Counted from the stretch's first letter, positions 47,392 through 55,525 are shown. The stretch: DNA of 64,000 nt from Spirochaetota bacterium (GCA_020049045.1 JAIFLN010000055.1:25941-89940), one strand, 5' to 3'. Translations and numbers: made by a program. Notes: a model not told the origin generated them from the letters alone.

Positions 47392-48768
47392 ATGAAATTC
47401 AACAGTCTTGCGATCAGCAACGCCTGCGATCTGAAATTTGGTTTTGCACCCCGACCTGTCACAACCAGCCATGGTCTTGTCATTGGTGGAGGTACGGTGT
47501 ACCCCGAACTCAACTTCACTTTGCCACCCATGACCATCAGCAAATCAACCATTCCCGAAATTCGGGAGCACTACCGGAGCATTATTGACGAGGCCCTCAC
47601 CCGTGCTCACGAACTGGGACAAAAAGGAGTGGTTTTCGAGTTTGAAACCCTTCTGGAAATGACCATGCAGCCAGAAATCGGTATTGAACTGACAAAAATC
47701 ATGGCCGATGTATGCGCCGAACACCGGGCGAAGAACGGTATCAACGGAGAAATCCGTCTGACACCCAACGATGCCCGCGACTTTGAGCGCCCTCCCTTGC
47801 TCCGCTCCAGTAAACTCCTGGACAGCATGTACAAAATCTTCCGTGAAGGGGCCTTGGCCGGTGGCGACATGCTTTCCATTGAAAGCACCGGCGGCAAGGA
47901 GGTCCATGACGAGGCGTTGATGTACTGCGACATCAAGGGTGCCATTTTCGGGCTGACGGTTTTAGGGGTACGCGACATGCAGTACCTTTGGAAGAACATT
48001 GTGCAGATTGCCAAAGAAACCGGCCGTGTTGCCGGTGGTGATACCGCCTGCGGTTTTGCCAATACAGCCATGGTTCTCGCCGAAAAGAAATACATTCCGC
48101 GGGTGTTTGCCGCCATCGACCGGGTTGTTTCCGTGGTCAGAACCCTTCCCGCCTATGAAGCCGGTGCCGTCGGTCCGAGCAAAGACTGCGGTTACGAAGG
48201 TCCGTTTATGAAAGCCATTGCCGGTATTCCCATCTCGATGGAAGGAAAGACCGCTGCCTGCGCCCACATGAGCCCTGTCGGCAATATCGCAGCCGCCATG
48301 GCCGACCTCTGGAGCAATGAAAGTGTTCAGAACATCAAACTGCTGGGCGGCTACGCCCCCACGGTCTACATGGAACAGCTGATCTATGATACCCGTCTGA
48401 TGAACACTTCGATCAAGAACGGTACCGCCGATGTGTTGCAGAAACTGTTTGTAGATTCGGATGTTTACACCGACCCTCAGGCCTTGGTTCTTTCTCCCGA
48501 TTCCGTAATCGCGATTTCCAAGGAAATCGTCGCTTCGAAGAGCCATGTCGAAGCCGGAAAACGGGCAGCTCTCAAGGCTATCGAACTGATCCGTGCGGCA
48601 AAAAAGAGCGGTCAGCTGGCTATCAACGAAAGAGAAACGGAGTATCTAGATTCGATCCACGAAATTGTTGAGGCCCTGCCCAACACAGAAAGTGCCTTCA
48701 TCGAGGAAATGATTCCGACCATCGATACAGAAAAGTGTATTCTGAAGGAGTACGGCATCGAGGCCTAA
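47392..48768 (+). CDS. MtaB-family methanol:corrinoid methyltransferase homolog
   Basis: This is a 458-aa ORF with GGAGGG 7 nt upstream. LSIESTGGKEVHDEA, GGDTACGFANTAM, AYEAGAVGPSKDCGYEG, KAIAGIPISMEGKTAACAH and LWSNESV match my recollection of Methanosarcina MtaB blocks, including the Glu/Cys/Cys zinc ligands. Confidence 0.85.
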   Translation: MKFNSLAISNACDLKFGFAPRPVTTSHGLVIGGGTVYPELNFTLPPMTISKSTIPEIREHYRSIIDEALTRAHELGQKGVVFEFETLLEMTMQPEIGIELTKIMADVCAEHRAKNGINGEIRLTPNDARDFERPPLLRSSKLLDSMYKIFREGALAGGDMLSIESTGGKEVHDEALMYCDIKGAIFGLTVLGVRDMQYLWKNIVQIAKETGRVAGGDTACGFANTAMVLAEKKYIPRVFAAIDRVVSVVRTLPAYEAGAVGPSKDCGYEGPFMKAIAGIPISMEGKTAACAHMSPVGNIAAAMADLWSNESVQNIKLLGGYAPTVYMEQLIYDTRLMNTSIKNGTADVLQKLFVDSDVYTDPQALVLSPDSVIAISKEIVASKSHVEAGKRAALKAIELIRAAKKSGQLAINERETEYLDSIHEIVEALPNTESAFIEEMIPTIDTEKCILKEYGIEA

Positions 48769-48785
48769 ACGGCACTAGCAGTCCT

Positions 48786-48843
48786 GGTACCTCGAAAAAT
48801 CCAAGAAATCGTCCTTTTTTCAAATACAGAACTTCGAGGTACC
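48786..48843. promoter_or_regulatory. perfect 11-bp inverted repeat between the mtaB-like and RACo-like genes
   Basis: GGTACCTCGAA at 48786-48796 and TTCGAGGTACC at 48833-48843 are separated by 36 nt that contain a T6 run. Confidence 0.3.
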
Positions 48844-48857
48844 CCTAGGATGAACGT

Positions 48858-50426
48858 ATGAACACCCAAATTCACGGCCAGAAAGGTCAGACCCTGCTTG
48901 AATCGATCCGAACCACAGACCATCCCTTGCGGGCACCATGTGCCGGAAAAGGAAAGTGCGGCAAATGCCGGGTGATCCTGAAAACCGATGCAGGCCAGTC
49001 TCCCTTGATGCCAGCCGATGAGCACGAACATCGGCATCTGAGCGAGGGAGAACGGATTCGCGGGGTGCGGCTCGCCTGCCTGGCGCGTTTTGAACGCGAC
49101 GGTACGGTGGAAATTGAACAGGGTGAAGATGGAATCGCTATTCCGGCAGAACAGCTGGCGGTGTCCTTTGACCCCAGAGTAACCGAGGAGGCAAAAGCCT
49201 CGGGACGCCCCTTGCGGGTTGCTGTTGATATTGGAACGACGACACTGGCGGTTTGTCTGGTCGATGCCGCTGCCGCAACGTTGCTCTCCGTGAAAACAGG
49301 TGCCAACGCACAGAAAAGTTTCGGCTCGGACGTTGTCGCACGGATTCAGGCGGTCGTCGACAACCGCACCGCTCTGGAGTCGATGCGCGGTGCGATTGTC
49401 CGTCAGATCGAGGGTCTGGTGCGGGACCAAGTGGAGCAGGCAGGACGGTCCGCCGATGAACTGGATACCATTGTTATTGCAGGAAACACGGTCATGATCC
49501 ACCTGTTCACCGGTGCCGATCCGACGGGCATGGCCTGTGTTCCCTTCCGTCCGGTGTTCCTGGAAACCAAGGCCTGGAAGGCCCCGGACTTGGGCTTTTC
49601 GTTACCTGCAACGTGCACCATTACGGTACTGCCTGGCATTTCGGCATTTGTTGGGGCCGATATCACCGCGGGAGTTCTGGCGACGGAGCTCTACCGTGCC
49701 GAAAAGACCGAATTGCTGCTGGATATCGGTACCAACGGCGAAATGGTGTTGGGAAACCGTCACGGAATGGTGTCAACGGCCACAGCCGCAGGGCCGGCGT
49801 TTGAGGGTGCACAAATCACCCACGGTTGCCCCGGAATACCGGGAGCTCTGGATCATGCCGGCTACAACGATAAGGGCTTCTGGTATACCACGATCAATGA
49901 CCTGCCGTTGACCGGCATCTGTGGTTCGGGGCTTCTGGACCTGGCAGCAGCGCTTCGCCGCGGGGGGCAGCTCGATGAAACCGGATTCCTTGAACTGGCT
50001 GAAGGCGATGAGTTCTTTCCCGACCCTGCGCTGCCTGTCAGCCTGAGTCAGGGCGATATCCGCCAACTGCAGCTGGCCAAGGGCGCGATTGCCGCCGGAG
50101 TCGAAGTTCTGTGCCTTAAGGCAGGCGTCACCACAGAAACCATTGACCGTGTGCATCTAGCTGGCGGCTTTGGAACCTTTATGAGCCCCGGATCGGCGCT
50201 GGCCATCGGGCTGCTTCCCCAGGGATTGAGGGGCAAGGTTGTACCCGCAGGCAATACCGCACTCAAGGGAGCTCTGGAAGTAATTACGAAGGAAGGAGCT
50301 CTCAAACAGGCAGTATGGATTTCCGGTCAAGCCCAGGCAGTTGACTTGTCGACCGAAGCCGCTTTTCAAATGGCCTTCGCTGAAGCGATGCTGTTCCCCG
50401 AGGATGCCGGGGATGATGCCGACTGA
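48858..50426 (+). CDS. RACo-type ATP-dependent reductive activator of corrinoid proteins ([2Fe-2S] ferredoxin domain plus ASKHA/DUF4445 domain)
   Basis: The N-terminus has CAGKGKCGKCRV...LACLA, a plant-type 2Fe-2S pattern. The ASKHA phosphate motifs are VAVDIGTTTLAV and LLLDIGTNGEMVLG. Confidence 0.8.
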   Translation: MNTQIHGQKGQTLLESIRTTDHPLRAPCAGKGKCGKCRVILKTDAGQSPLMPADEHEHRHLSEGERIRGVRLACLARFERDGTVEIEQGEDGIAIPAEQLAVSFDPRVTEEAKASGRPLRVAVDIGTTTLAVCLVDAAAATLLSVKTGANAQKSFGSDVVARIQAVVDNRTALESMRGAIVRQIEGLVRDQVEQAGRSADELDTIVIAGNTVMIHLFTGADPTGMACVPFRPVFLETKAWKAPDLGFSLPATCTITVLPGISAFVGADITAGVLATELYRAEKTELLLDIGTNGEMVLGNRHGMVSTATAAGPAFEGAQITHGCPGIPGALDHAGYNDKGFWYTTINDLPLTGICGSGLLDLAAALRRGGQLDETGFLELAEGDEFFPDPALPVSLSQGDIRQLQLAKGAIAAGVEVLCLKAGVTTETIDRVHLAGGFGTFMSPGSALAIGLLPQGLRGKVVPAGNTALKGALEVITKEGALKQAVWISGQAQAVDLSTEAAFQMAFAEAMLFPEDAGDDAD

Positions 50427-51576
50427 ATTTGAGGAGATTGCCAGGAACTATCAAGAGGCTTGCGGAGTCGACTGTGTGGTTCTTGACAAAAATGCTCAGC
50501 GGGAGGGTTGTCGGTTCTGTCAGTCTCTAGCTAAGTCGGGGCATCCCCTTCCTTCAGACTGTTCTGATGTCCATCGCTACGGTGCCTATCAGGCCGAGCG
50601 TTTTGGTGGCCAGTATATCTACTTCTGCTCCAACAGTTTACTTCACTGGGCCATTCCCTTGGCTCAGGGGGGGGAGACGCAGGCGGTGTTTGTTGGAGGG
50701 CCCGTTTCGCTGGTCGATGCGGAAGAGATTCTGGGAGAGCTGGCGCCTGCCCGGGACCAGCAGCTCGAGTCTGAACTACGGGCCTTGCCGTATATTGAGC
50801 CACATCGGGCCACCGCATTGGCCGACCTTCTGTTCCGGATCGTTCGTGACTTGCGGCAACGTCTGGAGCCCGACCAGTGGTACCCAGATCCGGAGGGAAC
50901 TCCGCCGGCGCTCTACCCGTTTGATAAAGAAAAAGAGCTTCTCGAGCTGCTGGCAGAAGGGAATAAGGAGAAAGCTCAGGCCTTGGTGAATGACATTCTG
51001 GGGCAGGTTTTTTTCACCTCCGGCCGTAAGATCGCAACCGTGCGCGCCCGTGCCCATGAGTTGATGGTGCTGTTGTCCAGAGCAGCCGTGGAAGGCGGTG
51101 CCACTGCCGAAGAAGTTTTCGGTATCAACCAGAACTGGATGCAGCGGTTGCAGCAGGCTACCACCATCGATGAACTGGAATCGGTACTGGCCCGGCTGGT
51201 CCGGCGCTTTGCTGACTGTGTCTTTGTCCTTCAGAAGGTCAAGCACGCTGATATCATGCATAAAGCTGTCCGATTTATCCGCGAAAACTATCATTTGAAA
51301 CTCTCGCTGGAAGAAGTGGCAGCCCATATTTACCTCAGCCCAACGTACTTCAGCCGTCTTTTCAAAGATGAAATGAAAACGAGCTTTGTGAGTTACCTTA
51401 CCGAAGTGCGTGTCGAGAAAAGCAAGCGGCTCCTCGCGGACCGGTCGATACCTCTGGTAGTGGTTGCGGGAATGGCCGGCTTTGACGACCAGAGCTATTT
51501 CACCAGGGTATTTAAGAAAGTCACGGGACTATCTCCCGGAAAATTCCGGGAAACCAGGGGGACACATTATGGCTGA
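50404..51576 (+). CDS. PocR-sensor-domain AraC-family transcriptional regulator (paralog of 45941..47266)
   Basis: CRFCQS...DCSDVHRYGAYQAERFGGQYIYFCSNSLLHWAIPL is nearly identical in pattern to the first regulator. The C-terminus has the AraC HTH (LEEVAAHIYLSPTYFSRLFK...AGFDDQSYFTRVFKKVTGLSP). The start is among the ATGs at 50404-50416, inside the end of the RACo gene. Confidence 0.8.
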   Translation: MPGMMPTEFEEIARNYQEACGVDCVVLDKNAQREGCRFCQSLAKSGHPLPSDCSDVHRYGAYQAERFGGQYIYFCSNSLLHWAIPLAQGGETQAVFVGGPVSLVDAEEILGELAPARDQQLESELRALPYIEPHRATALADLLFRIVRDLRQRLEPDQWYPDPEGTPPALYPFDKEKELLELLAEGNKEKAQALVNDILGQVFFTSGRKIATVRARAHELMVLLSRAAVEGGATAEEVFGINQNWMQRLQQATTIDELESVLARLVRRFADCVFVLQKVKHADIMHKAVRFIRENYHLKLSLEEVAAHIYLSPTYFSRLFKDEMKTSFVSYLTEVRVEKSKRLLADRSIPLVVVAGMAGFDDQSYFTRVFKKVTGLSPGKFRETRGTHYG

Positions 51577-52117
51577 ATTGGCCTTTTTTACGGGTGGAGC
51601 CCGGTCGGGAAAGAGTAGTTTTGCAGAAGCTTATTCTCTCAGACTGGCCAACGAGCGTCGTCTAGGACCCGTAGCCTACTTTGCTACCGGACAACCCATG
51701 GATGCCGAGTTTGAACGTCGGATTGCCCATCACAAAAGCTCCCGTGATGCCCGGTTTCTGACCGTTGAGGAAGGCTTGGATCTCGTTGCTGGCTTTGCAC
51801 GCGCTCGTGAATTGTCTCCCGTGGTGTTGCTCGAATGCATCAGCACGTGGCTGGGAAACGTCTTTCATCATAAAGAGGAAGCGGAGCGGGAACCCTATGC
51901 CATGGCCCAGGTCGAAGGATTGCTCGCCGCTCTGGCAGAGTCACCTGGGGTGTCCCTCAACCTGGTGACCAACGAATTGGGTATGGGGGTGGTTCCCATC
52001 GATGCCTACACACGCCATTATTGTGACGTGCACGGCCGGGTGAACCGGCGGTTGGCCGAGGCGGCTTCGAAAGCCTGGCTTCTAGTTTCGGGCCTGCCCG
52101 TCGTGTTGAAGGAGTGA
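51569..52117 (+). CDS. cobU: adenosylcobinamide kinase / adenosylcobinamide-phosphate guanylyltransferase
   Basis: MAELAFFTGGARSGKSSFAE is the P-loop typical of CobU/CobP. The protein is about 182 aa. I trimmed the start from the track start at 51464. Confidence 0.88.
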   Translation: MAELAFFTGGARSGKSSFAEAYSLRLANERRLGPVAYFATGQPMDAEFERRIAHHKSSRDARFLTVEEGLDLVAGFARARELSPVVLLECISTWLGNVFHHKEEAEREPYAMAQVEGLLAALAESPGVSLNLVTNELGMGVVPIDAYTRHYCDVHGRVNRRLAEAASKAWLLVSGLPVVLKE

Positions 52118-52902
52118 CCATGTACGCCCGGTTCTTCTGTGCTTTTACCTTTATGACCCGAATTCCGTTGCCGGGTGCGAAAAAAATTGTCTTTACCCCC
52201 CAGGTGATCACGGGTTCGATGGTGTTCTACCCTCTGGTAGGCTTGTTTTACAGCCTGGTCACGGTGGGACTCTGGATTGCCGGACGGGCCATTGGTCTTG
52301 AATCCGACCTGGCGGCTCTTGTGATTCTGGCAGCACCGTACCTGATCAACCGATTTCTGCACTTCGACGGCCTGTGTGATGTCCTGGACGGTTTTCTGGC
52401 CGACCGCACCCCGGAACAGCGGCTGGTCATTATGAAAGACAGCCGCAACGGCAGTTTTGCCATGGGCGGGGCAATCTTGGCACTCTTGGCAAAATATCTG
52501 CTGATCCGCCAGCTTTGCGGCTCGGGTGATCTGCTGTTCCTGACCATGGCACCAGTCATAGTCCGCTGGCTGGTGGTTGTATTGGCCTTTAAAGCTGTTT
52601 ATCCGCGTTCCAGCGGCACCTCCGTCTATTTGGTGGGTCAGGTGTCGGTGAAGCACCTGATCCTAACAACCCTGGTTGCGCTCGGTGCAATCGCCCTGCT
52701 TCTGATCGTGTACGGCAATTTCGAAGGGTTCTCCTATATTCCCTGGTGGTCGCTCGGGTTGTCGATGGGGCTGACTCTGTTCTGGCTGGGATGGCTCCGC
52801 TGGGTTTCCAAGCGAAAGATCGGAGGAGTCACCGGCGATGTGCTGGGCTGTTTTATCGAACTGGGAGAAGTCACCTGGTTTGTGGGCGGGGCATTGCTTT
52901 GA
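52114..52902 (+). CDS. cobS: adenosylcobinamide-GDP ribazoletransferase (cobalamin synthase)
   Basis: This is a polytopic membrane protein with FTFMTRIPLPG and the HFDGLCDVLDGF motif. It overlaps cobU as GTGA. Confidence 0.88.
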   Translation: MTMYARFFCAFTFMTRIPLPGAKKIVFTPQVITGSMVFYPLVGLFYSLVTVGLWIAGRAIGLESDLAALVILAAPYLINRFLHFDGLCDVLDGFLADRTPEQRLVIMKDSRNGSFAMGGAILALLAKYLLIRQLCGSGDLLFLTMAPVIVRWLVVVLAFKAVYPRSSGTSVYLVGQVSVKHLILTTLVALGAIALLLIVYGNFEGFSYIPWWSLGLSMGLTLFWLGWLRWVSKRKIGGVTGDVLGCFIELGEVTWFVGGALL

Positions 52903-53696
52903 CAGACTGGCGGGGGCTTTTTCCCTTTTCCGTGGGAGCTCCGTCCTGGGTATTGCCGTTGACCGAGGACAATTTTGTCGGCAATATCCTTTTCCTTGCG
53001 GATAAAGTCGACAAAGTTCAGATCCTCTGTTTTGAAAAAGATCCTGTTGATGAACTGCTCAACGAAAAAGATCTGAAGCGCCTGGTGGAAATACAGCGCA
53101 GCACAGGGTTGAAATTTTCAGTCCACCTCCCGGCTGATCTAGCTTTCCTGGCCACCTCGGACGACCAGGCCTTCAAGAAGAAACTGGACTGTGTTTTGCA
53201 TATTGCCGATATCACGGCATGTCTGGAACCGGAAAACATGATTCTCCACCTTGATGAACCGGAATCCGGCCTTGACGGTCCACAACTGGTTTCCAGGACA
53301 ATTGAAGTCTTAGGGGAATTGAAGCAGCTTTGGACACAAGCCCCTTCCTTGGTCCAGGTGGAGAACACCAACTGGGACCTCACCCTGGCAGCGGCAGAAC
53401 TGGCGGATACAGGCTTTGGAGTCTGCGCCGATTTCGGTCACCTGTACCACCAGGGGTATTCTCTTGAGAATTTCCTGAGCCTCGTTGGACCCTTAGTGCG
53501 GGAGGTGCATCTGCATGGGTTCAACACCACGAAGGACCACCTTCCTTTAGGCGAGCTCGAGCCTGTGCTGAGGAATCCCATTGAGGAATTTCTTAAGCAA
53601 AAAAAGCCTTCCGTGGTGATTGAAAACTTCAAAGCTGCCTGGTTGCAAGAATCCCTGATAGTTCTGGACTCCTGGTGCTCGGGATGGAAGGCCTGA
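52899..53696 (+). CDS. xylose-isomerase-like TIM-barrel protein, candidate cobamide-remodelling phosphodiesterase (CbiR-like)
   Basis: The protein is about 265 aa from the TTG at 52899, which overlaps the cobS TGA as TTGA. Sugar-phosphate-isomerase/AP-endonuclease-2-like strands are LVQVENT, FGVCADFGHL and VHLHGF. It sits between cobS and cobQ. Confidence 0.5.
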   Translation: MTDWRGLFPFSVGAPSWVLPLTEDNFVGNILFLADKVDKVQILCFEKDPVDELLNEKDLKRLVEIQRSTGLKFSVHLPADLAFLATSDDQAFKKKLDCVLHIADITACLEPENMILHLDEPESGLDGPQLVSRTIEVLGELKQLWTQAPSLVQVENTNWDLTLAAAELADTGFGVCADFGHLYHQGYSLENFLSLVGPLVREVHLHGFNTTKDHLPLGELEPVLRNPIEEFLKQKKPSVVIENFKAAWLQESLIVLDSWCSGWKA

Positions 53697-55525
53697 TGCG
53701 TCCTGTCATGGTTTTAGGCTGCACCAGCGACGCCGGCAAAAGTTTTCTTTCGGCAGCCCTCTGCCGCTGGTTTGCCCGCAAAGGAGAACGGGTGGCACCG
53801 TTCAAGGCACAGAATATGAGCAACAACGCAGCCGTCTGTCCTGACGGTTCGGAAATCGGGCGGGCGCAGTTTCTTCAAGCCCAAGCGGCGGGCGTCGTAC
53901 CCGACGCACGGATGAACCCTGTGCTGTTAAAACCCGAAGCTGATACCCATAGCCAGGTGGTCGTGATGGGCCGTTACAGCCCTTTGCTGACCCGCACGCC
54001 GTGGCTGGAACGCCGTGAGAAGCTATGGCCTGTAATCTGTAGCGCCTATGATTCCCTAGCCGCTGACTTTGGCAGGGTGGTGATCGAGGGTGCCGGCAGC
54101 CCTGCTGAGCCGAATTTGATGGCCTATGATCTGGTGAATCTGGCCGTTGCCCGGTATACGGGTGCTGCCTGCTACCTGGTGGCTGACATTGACCGGGGAG
54201 GAGCCTTTGCCCACCTGCTGGGCACCTGGCAAACTCTCGAACCTGCGGACCGTCCGTTGATCCGTGGTTTTGTGCTGAATAAGTTTCGGGGAGACCCGGA
54301 ACTGCTTTTGGATGCACGGGAATGGCTGCTGGAACGCACCGGAGTACCCACTGTTGCTCTTGTGACCTACCGCCGCCACCTTCTGCCCGAAGAGGATAAT
54401 TTTTTTCACCGGGCGCCGGCGGCCTCGAAGGGGCACGTCCGCATCGGTCTGCTGCTCTACCCGTGGGCCTCCAATCTGGACGATTTCGATCCCCTGGCCC
54501 ACCAGGAAGGTGTGGATGTGATTCCTGTCCGAACGGCGGAAGACCTGGAAGCTTTAGACGCACTTCTGTTGCCGGGTAGCAAAAATACGGCCGGCAGCCT
54601 TTCCTTTCTGCGGGAACAAGGTTTTGCTGCCCTTCTGACAGCGATGGCCGCTTCAGGGCTGCCGGTTTACGGCATTTGCGGGGGACTCCAAATGCTAGGA
54701 CGGACGATCGCGGATCCCGAGGGTATGGAAGGGCCCGCCGGATCTTCCGTGCCGGGTTTGGGTCTTCTCGACGTTGAAACGACCTTCGCCACGGAAAAGA
54801 TCACCCGGCAGACAAGGGTAAGCTGTTTCGATGGGGGATCTGTCGAAGGCTACGAAATCCACGTCGGGCAGACCTGTGCCGGACCAAGTGCCAAACCCCA
54901 CCTTGCCGAGGGTCTAGGCTTCCGGCAGGGAAATGTCACCGGCGTTTATCTTCATGGGATTTTCACCAATGACCACTACCGGTACCGCTTTCTCGAAGCA
55001 CTGGGCTGGACGGGCGGCCACGAAGCGTGGAAAACCCGCATCGAGGCGGAACTAGACACGGTGGCCGACTTGGTCGATGAATCGGGACAGTCCAGCTTTT
55101 GCCTTATCGGCCCGCTTGTTCTGGTACATAGCCTGATCAGCCCGGATCAAGAGGCTTTCCGGGGTCTCGCCTGGCACGTCTCCGCATACCGCCAGCCCCA
55201 TGCTGACGTGCATTCTGTAGGACTTTCCCGATTCGGAGGCTTTTTGAGCAATGCTTTGTTCGAGACGCAGCAACACGGCCGCCGCCGCCTGGCGGTCGCA
55301 ATCCCCCAGCACCAGCACAATCTCGTCTCCCCCGTAGCGGAACACCGTGTCCTGGGCACTGACTGTGGTCCGGACCACTTGGGCGATGGTCTGGATGTAA
55401 AAATCCCCTTCCTCATGCCCGTAGGTGTCGTTGACAGCCTTCAGCCCGTCAACATCCATAAAACACAGGCTAAGGGTACCCTGCCCGCCCTGAACCCGCT
55501 GCATCGCGTTGGTCAGCAATTGTAA
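53696..55525 (+). CDS. cobQ: cobyric acid synthase (3' end uncertain; the ORF runs on antisense to the next gene)
   Basis: N-terminal motifs are VMVLGCTSDAGKSFLSAALC and APFKAQNMSNNA. The GATase part has GICGGLQMLG and GYEIHVGQT. Similarity appears to end near 55090, but no stop occurs until 55525. Confidence 0.85.
   Translation: MRPVMVLGCTSDAGKSFLSAALCRWFARKGERVAPFKAQNMSNNAAVCPDGSEIGRAQFLQAQAAGVVPDARMNPVLLKPEADTHSQVVVMGRYSPLLTRTPWLERREKLWPVICSAYDSLAADFGRVVIEGAGSPAEPNLMAYDLVNLAVARYTGAACYLVADIDRGGAFAHLLGTWQTLEPADRPLIRGFVLNKFRGDPELLLDAREWLLERTGVPTVALVTYRRHLLPEEDNFFHRAPAASKGHVRIGLLLYPWASNLDDFDPLAHQEGVDVIPVRTAEDLEALDALLLPGSKNTAGSLSFLREQGFAALLTAMAASGLPVYGICGGLQMLGRTIADPEGMEGPAGSSVPGLGLLDVETTFATEKITRQTRVSCFDGGSVEGYEIHVGQTCAGPSAKPHLAEGLGFRQGNVTGVYLHGIFTNDHYRYRFLEALGWTGGHEAWKTRIEAELDTVADLVDESGQSSFCLIGPLVLVHSLISPDQEAFRGLAWHVSAYRQPHADVHSVGLSRFGGFLSNALFETQQHGRRRLAVAIPQHQHNLVSPVAEHRVLGTDCGPDHLGDGLDVKIPFLMPVGVVDSLQPVNIHKTQAKGTLPALNPLHRVGQQL

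Noticed and set aside
52018-52656. A minus-strand 212-aa ORF opposite cobS. Similar antisense ORFs lie opposite the MtaB-like gene (47607..48546), the RACo-like gene (48765..49502) and cobQ (53802..54563).
   Set aside because: They are antisense to confidently assigned genes, are rich in Arg/Gly/His as expected from reverse-complement codon bias, and have no motifs.
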